Shown: positions 15,097 through 25,484, counted from the stretch's first letter. The stretch: DNA of 64,000 bases from Nitrospirillum amazonense (GCF_007827955.1 NZ_VITR01000004.1:135099-199098), one strand, 5' to 3'. Translations and numbers: made by a program. The notes: a model not told the origin generated them from the sequence alone.

Positions 15097-15561
15097 ATGA
15101 CCCAATCCCTTGTTTCCGCGTCCGCCGCGACGGGCGTGCCCAAGGTCGGCATCGGTGTCCTGATCCAACGCGAGGGACGCATCCTGCTGGGCCGTCGCCG
15201 CAACAGCCATGGCGACGGCAGCTATTCCTGGTGCGGCGGCCATTTGGAGTATGGCGAGACCTTTGAGGAATGCGCTGTGCGCGAGGTGCGTGAGGAATGC
15301 GGCCTCGTCGTGCGTCGCCTGCGTTTCCTCTGCCTGCACAACATCCTGGCCTACGACCGGCACTATGTGGACATCCAATTCATCGCCGAGGAGGTTGATC
15401 CCGGCGAGCCCCGTGTGCTGGAGCCGCACAAGATCGCGGACTGGGGATGGTACGGCCTCGACGCTTTGCCAAGCCCCTTGTTCCGGCCCGTGGAGTTGGC
15501 CTTGGACGCCTGGCGGGCGCACCGCAGTTACACGCCTGTCTCCACGCCATTGGTGCCATAG
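15097..15561 (+). CDS. NUDIX hydrolase
   Basis: Nudix box GGHLEYGETFEECAVREVREECGL (GX5EX7REUXEEXGU). ATG at 15097. Confidence 0.8.
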   Translation: MTQSLVSASAATGVPKVGIGVLIQREGRILLGRRRNSHGDGSYSWCGGHLEYGETFEECAVREVREECGLVVRRLRFLCLHNILAYDRHYVDIQFIAEEVDPGEPRVLEPHKIADWGWYGLDALPSPLFRPVELALDAWRAHRSYTPVSTPLVP

Positions 15562-15816
15562 CGGCATCGACGCGCGCCTTGTGTCGCAAGGTCTATTTCG
15601 AAAGCGCGTCTTTGGCGACACGTCGGGCTGAATATAAAGTTTTTATTACACTTTGTTGGCGGCCGCGGGTCCGGTTGGGTAACCCAGCGGGTAGCCAGCA
15701 TGCGCCGTCTTTTTCCGGGGGGAGGGGGGAACGCTCCCGGCCATCGTCGTGGCCGGCGATCACTGAGGCTGGCCGCTGGCAGCGCCGGTGCGGAGAGCCA
15801 GGAGGAACGACAACAG

Positions 15817-16545
15817 ATGAACAGCTTCGATGGCGCCATCCAGGAATTCCTGACCACCCATGCCTTCACCTCCGACGTGGCGAACCACGCCATCCGCACC
15901 ATCGCCGACTTCTCGTTGTTCAAGGGACTTTTCCCCGTCGCCATCCTCTGGTGGGTGTGGTTTCGAGGGGGCAGGCGCGGGCTGTGGGAGAAGGAAATGG
16001 TCATCGCCACCTTCGTCAGCGGCTTGTCCGCCTTGGCGGTGGGGCGATTGCTGGCCCACTTCCTGCCATTCCGGGAGCGCCCCATCTACGACCCAACGGT
16101 GCCCTTCCACTTCCCCCTGAGCGGCACCAGCGAAAGCATCCTCAGAACCTGGAGTTCGTTCCCCAGTGACCACGCCATGCTGTGGATGGCGGTGTCGACG
16201 GGTATTTTCCTGGTCTGGCGTTGGGTCGGAGCGCTGGCCATGGCCTACACGGCAATCTTCGTGTGTCTGGTACGGGTATATCTGGGGTTGCACTTTCCCA
16301 CGGATGTCATCGGCGGCGCCGTTATTGGCATGCTGATCACCCTTGTCATGACGCGGGACGCCGTCCGCCCGCTTTATACCACCCCTATCCTGCGGGTCAT
16401 GATGCGCTTCCCCGCGCCGTGTTATACGCTTGCATTCCTGTTTTGTTTTGAGTTGGTCACGCAGTTCGATGAGATCCGCATGATCGGCCAGTCCATGCAC
16501 AAGGTGTTGGAGGCCGGGCGCGAGCAGGCATCCCCGTCTTTATAG
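15817..16545 (+). CDS. PAP2-family (phosphatidic acid phosphatase type 2) membrane protein
   Basis: PAP2 motifs SFPSDH...YLGLHFPTDVIGG. ATG at 15817 preceded by GGAGGA. Multiple TM helices. Confidence 0.8.
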   Translation: MNSFDGAIQEFLTTHAFTSDVANHAIRTIADFSLFKGLFPVAILWWVWFRGGRRGLWEKEMVIATFVSGLSALAVGRLLAHFLPFRERPIYDPTVPFHFPLSGTSESILRTWSSFPSDHAMLWMAVSTGIFLVWRWVGALAMAYTAIFVCLVRVYLGLHFPTDVIGGAVIGMLITLVMTRDAVRPLYTTPILRVMMRFPAPCYTLAFLFCFELVTQFDEIRMIGQSMHKVLEAGREQASPSL

Positions 16546-16702
16546 GCTGCCCAGATTGGGACAGCGCCCCGCCGCGATTAGCCCTTGCCCCTCCGTCTTT
16601 GGAGATAGCCCGCCCGCTTCAATTCCATGGCCGTTTCGGAGTCTGTATAAATAACTTTCGTTGTAGGTCTGTGCCCACAATTGTCAGGGACGATCCGGAA
16701 CC

Positions 16703-16978
16703 ATGTCCGATCCTCACGACGATGGCGGGGGTGATCCCCTAGCAACGACGGGACACGCCACGCAGCAGGCTCGCTCGGCCGCCCCCGGCGCTTCCACCCT
16801 TTATACAGCGGCCGACTTGGCGCTGGCTCGGGCCGCTGAGATGCTGCTGGGTCTGCGTGGTACCCGTGCCTATGCCGAGGCATCGCCCGAAGAGCGGCGG
16901 GAGCTGGAATCCTACGTCCTGGATTTGGTGGGCGGACGTTCCACAAGGTTGCTGCAGCTTAAGCTCTTGGCGCCGTGA
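16703..16978 (+). CDS. Small hypothetical protein (91 aa)
   Basis: Open frame with an ATG in a moderately AT-rich intergenic stretch; predicted helical. No SD and a weaker codon bias than neighbours. Could be spurious. Confidence 0.25.
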   Translation: MSDPHDDGGGDPLATTGHATQQARSAAPGASTLYTAADLALARAAEMLLGLRGTRAYAEASPEERRELESYVLDLVGGRSTRLLQLKLLAP

Positions 16979-17181
16979 CGCAGGACTGGACCCATTCTGC
17001 CCGCTTTCAAAACCAAATGCCCCGCGCAGGGGCTGGGCGCCGGTGCCCATACCAGGAGGGTTCCCCACCAGCATTTGCCACCGGATAGGTTTAGCGGCAC
17101 ACTCTGCTCGTGTAGCGTGGCTCATCCGCTCGCTTGAGCGGCGAGCTTGCGGTGTCGGCCCGATGCGAGGGGAGGGGGCTC

Positions 17182-17559
17182 ATGGCCTGGGGCGGAATCA
17201 AGCGTGTCCTGTCCAACCTGATGGGGGCCAGCAATCGGCGCACCTATGATCGCCTGTCCGTTGACAGCCAGGTTCAGTTGAGTTGCGGGGACGTGATCGT
17301 TTCCTGCCGTATTGCGGATGTCTCGGCCGGTGGCGCGTTCCTGACCCCTGGCCCTGACCTGCCTATCGGTACCGAAGGGGTGCTGCGCCTCCCCGGCGCG
17401 CCGGTCGCCGCCGCTGTGCGCATTGTCCGGCGGACCGACAATGGCGTCGGAATCGAATTTCAGCGTGATGGTGTGGGTGCCATTGTTGCCGGATGGGTGC
17501 GCGCCATCAGCGGCACGCATCATTCACAGGCAGACGATACCGCGCGCCCCGGCGCCTGA
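17182..17559 (+). CDS. PilZ domain protein (c-di-GMP binding)
   Basis: RRTYDRLSV...DVSAGGAFL...GVGIEF match the PilZ RxxxR / DxSxxG motifs. ATG at 17182 is preceded by GGAGGGGGctc. The track ORF starts at a TTG at 17134. Confidence 0.7.
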   Translation: MAWGGIKRVLSNLMGASNRRTYDRLSVDSQVQLSCGDVIVSCRIADVSAGGAFLTPGPDLPIGTEGVLRLPGAPVAAAVRIVRRTDNGVGIEFQRDGVGAIVAGWVRAISGTHHSQADDTARPGA

Positions 17560-17578
17560 CTGATCCCGGCAATACCCG

Positions 17579-17604
17579 CTGCGCGGCGTCTCATACGCCG
17601 CAGA
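17579..17604. terminator. Hairpin (ctgcGCGGCGT-ctcat-ACGCCGCag) between convergent PilZ and GGDEF/EAL genes
   Basis: 7-9 bp GC-rich inverted repeat spanning the stop of the minus-strand gene. Candidate bidirectional terminator. Confidence 0.35.
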
Positions 17605-18898
17605 ACAACTCGAACTCCTTGACGGGCAGTGGACGGGCGAACAGATAGCCCTGACCCTCCTCCACCCCCATGGCCCGGAGCAGAGAACGCTCCGCTTCCG
17701 TTTCCACACCCTCAGCCACCACCTTCAGGCCCATGGCCTTGGCCATGGCGACGATGGCCTGCACGATATGGCGGGTGCCGATGTCCTGCTCCATGTCCTG
17801 CACGAACTTCCGGTCCACCTTCAGGCAGTCCAGGGGCAGTTCCCGCAGATAGGAGAGGGAGGAGTAACCGGTGCCGAAATCGTCCAGCGCCAGCGCGACA
17901 CCGCAATCGGCGATCCAGGCCATCTGGCGCAGGGCGCCCTCCAGATCCTCGGGCAATACGGACTCGGTGATCTCCAACTGCAGCAAGTGCGGCGGGATGC
18001 CAGTTTCGCGCAGCAGCACGTCAATCAGGGCCGGCAGGTGGCCCCAACGGAATTGACGCTCCGAGACATTGACCGCGATCTGCAGCGGCTGCCGTCCCGC
18101 CTCGATCCACGATTGTATCTGGCGGCAGGCGGCGCGCAGGGCCCATTCGCCGATGGGCACCATCAGGCCCGTCTCCTCGGCGATGGGAATGAATTCCATG
18201 GGATAGACCAAGCCGCGGGTGGGATGCCGCCAGCGGATCAGCGCCTCCCCCCCGATGGGGGTGCCGTCGGTGATGGACACCTTGGGCTGGTAGTGCAGCA
18301 CGAACGCCTCATCGAGGATGGCCTGGCGCAGCTCCGTCTCGGTGATCAGCTGGTGGCGCAGCCGTTCCCGCATCTGCTCGGTATAGTGCAGGTAATGGGC
18401 GGATCCGGACTTGGCCACCTCTCCCTGGGCGATGGCGGCGTTGCGCAGCAGGGCATGGCCGGTGGTGCCATCGTCGGGCGAAACCGCCACGCCGATCTTG
18501 GCCACCATGTACAGCAACCGTCCCTCGACCAGGATGGGTTCGCCAATACGGGCGGCCAGGGCGGATGCGGTGAACAGCGCCTTGCTGGCGTGGCTGAGGT
18601 TGGGAAGGAACAGGGCGAACTGCGCACGGGCGATGCGGCACACCGCGTCACCACTGCCGCACAGCCCCAGCACCCGCTCCGCCATCACCGCCATGGAGGC
18701 GTCCAGCGCCTGCTGGCCCAGCAGCTTGTACAGCTCCGCCATGCGGGAGATTTCGATGACCAGCACGGCGCAGGGGCCGCTGTGACCGGCCAGGTGATCG
18801 TCGATACGGCGGGTGAAAGCGGAAATATCCTGCAGGGCACCGGCACCGGGAGGTGCAGAGTCGGGTCTGGCGACGACGGTCAGGCAGGCATCGGTCAC
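17591..18898 (-). CDS. Degenerate GGDEF plus EAL domain protein (likely c-di-GMP phosphodiesterase)
   Basis: C-terminal EAL domain with EALIRW, DDFGTGYSSL and EGVETEAE motifs. The N-terminal GGDEF-like domain has the GG(D/E)EF site replaced (RIARAQFALFL), so it is probably inactive as a cyclase. Confidence 0.85.
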   Translation of the reverse strand: MTDACLTVVARPDSAPPGAGALQDISAFTRRIDDHLAGHSGPCAVLVIEISRMAELYKLLGQQALDASMAVMAERVLGLCGSGDAVCRIARAQFALFLPNLSHASKALFTASALAARIGEPILVEGRLLYMVAKIGVAVSPDDGTTGHALLRNAAIAQGEVAKSGSAHYLHYTEQMRERLRHQLITETELRQAILDEAFVLHYQPKVSITDGTPIGGEALIRWRHPTRGLVYPMEFIPIAEETGLMVPIGEWALRAACRQIQSWIEAGRQPLQIAVNVSERQFRWGHLPALIDVLLRETGIPPHLLQLEITESVLPEDLEGALRQMAWIADCGVALALDDFGTGYSSLSYLRELPLDCLKVDRKFVQDMEQDIGTRHIVQAIVAMAKAMGLKVVAEGVETEAERSLLRAMGVEEGQGYLFARPLPVKEFELFCGV

Positions 18899-19127
18899 GA
18901 TAAAGGCTAGGCCGCTTGTTCTCGGTTGAATTTGACCTTAGACCATTTTCTGTCTCGGCCGCATGAGGAAACTGCGCCATCCATGCAATATTCGACAAAT
19001 CCCACGGAATCTGACCGTATCTGTGGCGCGCGCGCACTGAAGCCTGACCTACAGTAGTAGGCTGTTTGTAGGAGTAAGCCTTCTCCTCCTTGGCTTTGCC
19101 CAGCAATGATGATGGGAGACAAGAGTC

Positions 19128-19970
19128 TTGAGTTTCGCCCTGTCCAAGATTTTCTGGACGCTGACGGCGCCCGGCAACCTGTTGCTTTTGTTTTTGTTGG
19201 TCGGACTTTTTGCAACCGGGGGCTTCAGGGCGCGGCGTTCCTTGCGTTGTGCCCGCGCCGCGGCCCTGGGCTTTCTCATCGTCGCCGTGCTGCCCGTGGG
19301 CGCCTGGAGCATGCGCGCGCTGGAACAGCGCTTCCCGGCCCCCGCCGCGCTGCCCGATCATGTCGACGGCATCATCGTTCTGGGCGGGTCGGTGGACCAG
19401 GTGGCCACCGCCGAGACCGGGCAGCCGGAGGTGAATGCCGCCGCCGAGCGCCTGATGGTCATTCCGGAACTGGCGCGGCGCTATCCGGACGCCCGCATCG
19501 TTTTTTCCGGGGGGTCGGGAGAATTGCGCGACCCCGACGAGAAGGAGGCGCCGGTGGCCCGCGCCGCGCTGGAAGAAATGGGTATGGACATCGGGCGCGT
19601 CACGTTCGAGGGGCAGTCGCGCAATACCTGGGAGAACGCGCTGTTCAGTCGCGACCTGATGCGGCCGCAACCGGGGCAGACCTGGCTGCTGGTCACATCG
19701 GCCTTCCACATGCCCCGGTCCATGGGCATTTTCCGCCATGTCGGCTGGCCGGTGATCGCCTATCCGGTGGACATCCGGGCGCCCCGCACCTTGCTGTACC
19801 GGCCGGATTTCGACCTGTTGCGCGGTCTGGAACTGCTGTCGCAATCGGTGCATGAGTATGTCGGGCTGGTGGCCTATCGCCTGCTGGGCCGCACCGACAG
19901 CCTGTTCCCCGGCCCGGACCTTCCTGCCACCGGCGGCCCAGGCCCTGGCGCTGCCACTAAAACGCCCTGA
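19128..19970 (+). CDS. YdcF/ElyC (DUF218) family protein
   Basis: IIVLGGSVD...RIVFSGG...TWENALFSRDLM...LLVTSAFHMPRS is the DUF218 core. N-terminal TM. The track start is TTG. Confidence 0.7.
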   Translation: MSFALSKIFWTLTAPGNLLLLFLLVGLFATGGFRARRSLRCARAAALGFLIVAVLPVGAWSMRALEQRFPAPAALPDHVDGIIVLGGSVDQVATAETGQPEVNAAAERLMVIPELARRYPDARIVFSGGSGELRDPDEKEAPVARAALEEMGMDIGRVTFEGQSRNTWENALFSRDLMRPQPGQTWLLVTSAFHMPRSMGIFRHVGWPVIAYPVDIRAPRTLLYRPDFDLLRGLELLSQSVHEYVGLVAYRLLGRTDSLFPGPDLPATGGPGPGAATKTP

Positions 19971-20042
19971 TTCCGTTCCTAATTCCAATCCTGCCCAATT
20001 CCGTTTCCCTCCGCTGCCCACCCGTCATTCGAGGACCCGCCT

Positions 20043-21149
20043 GTGATCCGCATCGCCGTCCGCCGCCACTCCCTGTCCCGTAGCGCCGGAATGGGGCTGT
20101 TGTCGGCTTTGTTGCTGACCGGGTGTGCCAATGGCCCGCCGGCGGCGGCCAGCGCGCCCATCCCCCCTCAGCCGGCCGCGGTGGCCCAACCCGCGGCACC
20201 GGCGACACCCCCCGCCACCGTCATCACCCCGGAACAACAGGCTGACTTCTCCCGCTGGCTGGAGGGGGTGCGCCAGGAGGCCGAGGCCCAGGGCATCACC
20301 AAGGCGACCCTGGACCTGGCGCTGTCCAATGTGCAGGAACTGCCGCGCGTCATCGACCTGGACCGCAAGCAGCCCGAGGGCACCGTCACCTTCGCGACCT
20401 ACGCCGACCGCGTCCTGACCAAGGACCGCATCCAGCGCGGTCGCGAGATGATGCGGCAGAACGCGGCCCTGCTGGCTCAGGTCAGCGCCCGGTATCATGT
20501 TCAACCGCAATACATCGTGGCGCTGTGGGGTCTTGAAACCAACTACGGTCGCATCACCGGCGGCTTCCGCATCATCGACGCCCTGGCCACCCTGGCCCAC
20601 GACGGCCGCCGCCCGGCTTATTTCCGCAAGGAATTGATCCAGGCCCTGCGCATCGTCCAGGAGGACAAGGTCGATCCCGCCACCATGAAGGGCTCTTGGG
20701 CGGGGGCCATGGGCCAGGTGCAGTTCATGCCCAGCGCCTTCTTCAAGTTCGCGCAGGACTTCGACGGCTGCGGGCGCCGCGACATCTGGACCAAGACCCC
20801 GGACGTCCTGGCCTCCGCCGCCAATTATCTATCCACCGTCGGATGGGACGCGACCACCACCTGGGGCCGGGAAGTGACGTTGCCCGCGAAAGGTCTGGAT
20901 GCGGCCGCCGCCGCCGGCCTGGACAAGAAGCGCACGCTGGCGGAATGGGGGCGGGCGGGGGTGAAAACCGTGGATGGCAAGCCATTGCCCGCCCGCGCGC
21001 TGTCGGCCTCGCTGGTCATCCCGGATGGGCCGACGGGGCGTGCCTTCCTGGTCTATGACAATTACCGCGCCATCATGAACTGGAACCGGTCCACTTATTT
21101 CGCGACCACCGTTGGTTTGCTGGCCGATCAACTTGGCGCGGCGCCTTGA
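20043..21149 (+). CDS. mltB: Lytic murein transglycosylase (MltB family), probable lipoprotein
   Basis: MGQVQFMPSAFFKFAQDFDGCGRRDIW is the MltB/Slt35 signature; LT core ALWGLETNYG. Lipobox LLTGC. Alternative ATG at 20091. Confidence 0.8.
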   Translation: MIRIAVRRHSLSRSAGMGLLSALLLTGCANGPPAAASAPIPPQPAAVAQPAAPATPPATVITPEQQADFSRWLEGVRQEAEAQGITKATLDLALSNVQELPRVIDLDRKQPEGTVTFATYADRVLTKDRIQRGREMMRQNAALLAQVSARYHVQPQYIVALWGLETNYGRITGGFRIIDALATLAHDGRRPAYFRKELIQALRIVQEDKVDPATMKGSWAGAMGQVQFMPSAFFKFAQDFDGCGRRDIWTKTPDVLASAANYLSTVGWDATTTWGREVTLPAKGLDAAAAAGLDKKRTLAEWGRAGVKTVDGKPLPARALSASLVIPDGPTGRAFLVYDNYRAIMNWNRSTYFATTVGLLADQLGAAP

Positions 21150-21192
21150 GATGTTGTAGGGTGCTGCCACAATCCATAGCGGTGTGCGAGTG

Positions 21193-22296
21193 ATGAGCCG
21201 GGCAAATCTGGTGAAGCGGACGGCGACGGCCGCTGCCAACGAATCGACGTGGCGGTTCCCGTGGATGGGGACCGCCCTGGCCGGGCTGTCGCTGGGGGCG
21301 CTGCTGCTGACGGGCTGTGCGCACAAGGCGGAGCAGCAGGGGCCCGCGGTCGTCCAGAAGACTCCGAGCCCCAGTGCCGCCGCCACCGGCCAGCCGACCT
21401 ACAAGGTGGGCAACCCCTATCAGATCGGTGGCATCTGGTATTACCCGCGCGCCGACTATGACTACGACCAGACCGGCATCGCCAGCTGGTATGGACCGGG
21501 GTTCCACCAGGAGCGCACCGCCAACGGCGAAATCTTCGACCAGAACGAACTGACGGCCGCGCACCAGACCCTGCCTATGCCCAGCCTGGTGCGGGTGACG
21601 AACCTGGACAACGGCCGCTCCATCGTCGTCCGCATCAACGATCGTGGTCCCTTCGCCGCCGGCCGCATCATCGACCTGTCCCGCCGTTCAGCCCAGTTGC
21701 TGGGTATGGAACAGCAGGGCACGGCCAAGGTGCGGGTGCAGATCCTGGCGGATGAAAGCCGCGCCATCGCCGCGGCGGCCATGCAGGCCGGCGGCGCCCA
21801 GGTGGCTCTGAACGCGCCGCCCAGCAGCGCCGCCCCGGTGCCCACCACCATGGCGGACGGCAGCCCCGTGCCCAAGGCGGCACCCCGCCCCAGCGTGACG
21901 GTGCAGGGCCAGGCTCTGCCGCCAGCACAGGGGGGGGCGGCACCAGGGCCGAGTCCGGCACCGTCGCGGCCCATCCAGGCCCCCACCACCATTCCCGGCA
22001 CCACGGAGCCCGACGGACGCTTCCTGCCGGCGCCGGTGGTGCAGCAAGTCGCCGTTGGCCCGGGGCCGAAGAAGATTTACGTCCAGGCGGGGTCCTTCAC
22101 CCTGTTCGACAACGCGAACAAGCTGCGTGCCCGGCTGGCCGGCATCGGCCCATCCTTCCTGGCACCCACCATGGTCAACGGCACGCAGTTCTTCCGCGTG
22201 CGTGTCGGCCCGCTGGACACCCCGGAACAGGCGGACAAGGTGCTGGACCAGGTGGTCGCCGCTGGAAACAATGGGGCCCGCGTCATCGTCGAATAA
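21193..22296 (+). CDS. rlpA: Septal ring lytic transglycosylase RlpA (DPBB domain) with C-terminal SPOR domain
   Basis: GIASWYGPGFHQERTANGEIFDQNELTAAHQTLPMPSLVRVTNLDNGRSIVVRINDRGPF is the RlpA double-psi beta-barrel. Lipobox LLTGC. Pro/Ala-rich linker. C-terminal SPOR domain (KIYVQAGSF...FFRVRVGP). Confidence 0.85.
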   Translation: MSRANLVKRTATAAANESTWRFPWMGTALAGLSLGALLLTGCAHKAEQQGPAVVQKTPSPSAAATGQPTYKVGNPYQIGGIWYYPRADYDYDQTGIASWYGPGFHQERTANGEIFDQNELTAAHQTLPMPSLVRVTNLDNGRSIVVRINDRGPFAAGRIIDLSRRSAQLLGMEQQGTAKVRVQILADESRAIAAAAMQAGGAQVALNAPPSSAAPVPTTMADGSPVPKAAPRPSVTVQGQALPPAQGGAAPGPSPAPSRPIQAPTTIPGTTEPDGRFLPAPVVQQVAVGPGPKKIYVQAGSFTLFDNANKLRARLAGIGPSFLAPTMVNGTQFFRVRVGPLDTPEQADKVLDQVVAAGNNGARVIVE

Positions 22297-22298
22297 TC

Positions 22299-22315
22299 GG
22301 GGGCGAACAGCCCCC
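22299..22315. terminator. Hairpin GGGGGC-gaaca-GCCCCC immediately after rlpA stop
   Basis: 6-bp GC stem with a 5-nt loop, 3 nt after the TAA stop. Confidence 0.4.
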
Positions 22316-22528
22316 TAACAATGATGCGCCAAAGGGCTTGCGGATCACCCGCCCGCCGCAGCACCCTGTCGGGCGCCGCGTCCGGGCAGGCAGATGCACG
22401 GGTTGGGACATTTTGGCCATAGGCCGTCTGGAGACTGGCACGGCCGCCGGCCATGGGGCATGAAGCCCCCCTACATGCTTTAGGGCTTGCTTTAGGGCTA
22501 TCGGACACGCAGTCGGGATAGAAGAGAC

Positions 22529-23713
22529 ATGGAACTGAAGGTTTTGGCGATGCGCGGCACCAAGCGGGCCGCCCTGGTGATGGTGCTGCTGAGCGGCCTT
22601 TTTGGGGGCGTGGCCCCCCTGGCGGTGCAGGCGGCCACCATCGATACCGAGGGCCGCCAGGCCATCCTGATGGATGCCGACACCGGTACCGTCCTGTTCG
22701 CCAAGAACGCCGACCAGCACATGCCGACGTCGTCCATGAGCAAGGTCATGACCATGTACATGGTCTTCGACCGGCTGAAGAACGGCAAGCTGTCGCTGGA
22801 GGATACCCTGCCGGTCAGCCGCCGCGCCTGGGAACTGGGGGGCGCCAAGACCGAAGGCTCCACCATGTACCTGCCGCTGGGCGCCAACGTGAAGGTGGAG
22901 GATCTGATCCGCGGCGTGCTGGTGCAGTCCGGCAACGATGCCACCATCGTCCTGGCAGAGGGCCTGGGCGGCACGGAGGAAGCCTTCTGCCGCAACATGA
23001 CCAAGCGCGCCCATGACATGGGCATGAAGGACAGCAACTTCACCAACGCCGCCGGCCTGCCCGACGCCAACCATTATTCTACGGCGCACGACCTGGCCAT
23101 CCTGGCCATCCACACCATCCACGACTTCCCCGAGTATTATCATTATTTCTCGGAGCTGGAGTTCACCTACAACAAGATCAAGCAGGGCAACCGCAACCCG
23201 CTGCTGTACCGCAACATGGGCGTGGACGGCCTGAAGACCGGCCATACCGAGGCCGGCGGCTACGGCTTGATCGCGTCGGCCAAGCGCGGCGATCGTCGCC
23301 TGGTACTGGTGATCAACGGTCTGACCAGCATGCAGAGCCGCGCGGACGAGCCCGCCCGCCTGCTGGAATGGGGCTTCCACGAATTCGACGACTACGCGCT
23401 GTTCAAGGCGGGGGACACGGTCGACACCCTGCCGGTGTCGCTGGGCACCGCCGACACCGTGCCCGTCGTCATTCCGGACGCGCTGAAGATCACCCTGACC
23501 AATGAGCAGCGCCGCGCCATGAAGGTGTCGGTGGTGACGCAGTTGCCGCTGGCCGCCCCGGTGGCCAAGGGCGCCACCGTCGCCACCCTGAAGGTGACGG
23601 CCCCGGACCTGCAGACGGTGGAAATCCCCCTGCAGGCGGCCAACGACGTGCCGCGCCTGGGCCTGTTCGGCCGCATGGGCGCCGGTCTGCACCGCATGAT
23701 CTTCGGCAGCTGA
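22529..23713 (+). CDS. dacC: D-alanyl-D-alanine carboxypeptidase (PBP5/6 type)
   Basis: Signal peptide, active-site SMSK (SSMSKVMTMYMVF), and SGN and KTG motifs (LKTGHTEAGGYG). Confidence 0.9.
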   Translation: MELKVLAMRGTKRAALVMVLLSGLFGGVAPLAVQAATIDTEGRQAILMDADTGTVLFAKNADQHMPTSSMSKVMTMYMVFDRLKNGKLSLEDTLPVSRRAWELGGAKTEGSTMYLPLGANVKVEDLIRGVLVQSGNDATIVLAEGLGGTEEAFCRNMTKRAHDMGMKDSNFTNAAGLPDANHYSTAHDLAILAIHTIHDFPEYYHYFSELEFTYNKIKQGNRNPLLYRNMGVDGLKTGHTEAGGYGLIASAKRGDRRLVLVINGLTSMQSRADEPARLLEWGFHEFDDYALFKAGDTVDTLPVSLGTADTVPVVIPDALKITLTNEQRRAMKVSVVTQLPLAAPVAKGATVATLKVTAPDLQTVEIPLQAANDVPRLGLFGRMGAGLHRMIFGS

Positions 23714-23721
23714 GGACAGAG

Positions 23722-24366
23722 ATGCCGACCGGTCGGTTCATCACGCTGGAAGGCGGGGAAGGGGCGGGGAAGTCCACCCAGATCCGTCTGCTGGCCCATG
23801 CCCTGGCCGACCGGGGCGTGGAGGTGGTGACCACGCGGGAACCGGGCGGCGGCTCCGATGGTGCCGCCGCCATCCGGGGCCTGCTGGTGGCCGGCGACAC
23901 GCCCTGGCAGCGCCTGACCGAGGCGCTGCTGCACAATGCCGCCCGGCATGAGAATGTCGAGGCGCTGGTGCGCCCGGCCCTGGCCCGGGGCGCCTGGGTG
24001 CTGTGCGACCGCTACGTCGACAGCACCGTCGCCTATCAAGGCTACGCCATGGGGGTGGACCGGGGCATTCTGGGCGAGTTGCACCGCCTCTCCACCGGCG
24101 GCCTGATGCCCGATCTGACCCTGGTGCTGGACCTGCCGGTAGAGGCCGGCCTGGCCCGCGCCTGCTCCCGGCCGGGGACCGAGGACCGATACGAGCGTAT
24201 GGGCTTGGCCTTCCATGAACGCCTGCGCCAGGGCTTCCTGGACATCGCTGCCCATGATCCGGCCCGTTGCGCCGTGATCGATGCCACCGGCGACATTCCT
24301 GCCATTCAAGCTCGGCTGCTGGCGGTGGTGGAACGGCGCCTGGGTCCGCTGGGGAGGGCTGCCTGA
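23722..24366 (+). CDS. tmk: Thymidylate kinase
   Basis: P-loop GRFITLEGGEGAGKSTQ, DRY motif, and LID region. Confidence 0.9.
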   Translation: MPTGRFITLEGGEGAGKSTQIRLLAHALADRGVEVVTTREPGGGSDGAAAIRGLLVAGDTPWQRLTEALLHNAARHENVEALVRPALARGAWVLCDRYVDSTVAYQGYAMGVDRGILGELHRLSTGGLMPDLTLVLDLPVEAGLARACSRPGTEDRYERMGLAFHERLRQGFLDIAAHDPARCAVIDATGDIPAIQARLLAVVERRLGPLGRAA

Positions 24367-25484
24367 TGCCGCCTGCGGCGTTCGACCGGGAGAGTGTGCC
24401 GGCCCCCATCGCCACGTACGACCTGATGGGGCATGCGGCGGCGGAGCAGACGCTGCTGAAGGCCGCCACCGGCGGGCGGCTGCATCACGCCTGGCTGATC
24501 GGCGGGCCGCCCGGCATCGGCAAGGCCACGCTGGCCTATCGCTTCGCCCGCTTCCTGCTGTCGGGCGGGGCGGAACCGCAGGATGACGGCCTGTTCGGCG
24601 CGCCGCCGCCGCCCACCAGCCTCTATGTCTCGCCCGAGAACCCCATCGCGCGGCGCGTGGCCGCCGGCGCCCACGGCGACCTGCTGACCATCCAGCGCAC
24701 CTGGGATGAGAAGCGCAAGCGCTTCAAGCGCGACCTGCCGGTGGAGGAGGTGCGGCGCATCGCCCCCTTCCTGCGCCTGACGGCGGCGGAGGGGGGCTGG
24801 CGCATCGTCGTGGTCGACGGCGCCGACCAGATGAATGCCAGCGGCCAGAACGCCATCCTGAAAATCCTGGAGGAGCCGCCGCCCCGGGCCCTGATCCTGC
24901 TGGTGGCGGACAATCCGGGCGCCTTGCTGCCCACCATCCGCTCACGCACCCGCACCCTGATGCTGGAGCCGCTGCCCACCACAACGGTGCGCAGCCTGGT
25001 TAACCGCATCATGCCGGACCTGGAGATGGGGGATGCCGCCGCCCTGACCACCCTGTCGGATGGCAGCATCGGCCGGGGGCTGGATCTGGCCGCCGCCGGC
25101 GGGCTGGATCTCTACCGTGTGCTGCTGGGCGTGCTGGACACCCTGCCGCGCCTGGATCTGGCCGCCGCCCATGCCCTGGCCGACCAGGTGGCCCGGGCCG
25201 GACAGGACACGGTGTGGGAGACGACCACCGACCTGCTGCTGTGGTGGCTGGCCCGCTTCAACCGCGCGTTGGCCCGCGACCAGGCGGCGCCGGAGATCGT
25301 GGAGGGCGAGGCCGCCCTGATGGAACGTCTGGCCTTCGCGGCGCGCCGGGATCGTGCGCTTGATCGCTGGATGGAGGTATGGGACAACGTCAACCGCCTG
25401 TTCGCCAAGGCGGAAGGCGCCAATCTCGATCGCAAGCAGGTGATGTTGAGCGCGCTGCGCACGATCGAGGCGGCGGCGTCCTGA
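24366..25484 (+). CDS. holB: DNA polymerase III subunit delta-prime
   Basis: [25 protein letters not shown] is the AAA+ clamp-loader Walker A region. SRTR motif (TIRSRTRTL). ATG overlaps the tmk stop (ATGA). Confidence 0.8.
   Translation: MPPAAFDRESVPAPIATYDLMGHAAAEQTLLKAATGGRLHHAWLIGGPPGIGKATLAYRFARFLLSGGAEPQDDGLFGAPPPPTSLYVSPENPIARRVAAGAHGDLLTIQRTWDEKRKRFKRDLPVEEVRRIAPFLRLTAAEGGWRIVVVDGADQMNASGQNAILKILEEPPPRALILLVADNPGALLPTIRSRTRTLMLEPLPTTTVRSLVNRIMPDLEMGDAAALTTLSDGSIGRGLDLAAAGGLDLYRVLLGVLDTLPRLDLAAAHALADQVARAGQDTVWETTTDLLLWWLARFNRALARDQAAPEIVEGEAALMERLAFAARRDRALDRWMEVWDNVNRLFAKAEGANLDRKQVMLSALRTIEAAAS

Noticed and set aside
16578-16946. 122-aa minus-strand ORF opposite the 91-aa small ORF
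   Set aside because: Arg/Pro-rich and overlaps the slightly better plus-strand candidate. Neither is well supported. Only the plus-strand one is listed, at low confidence.
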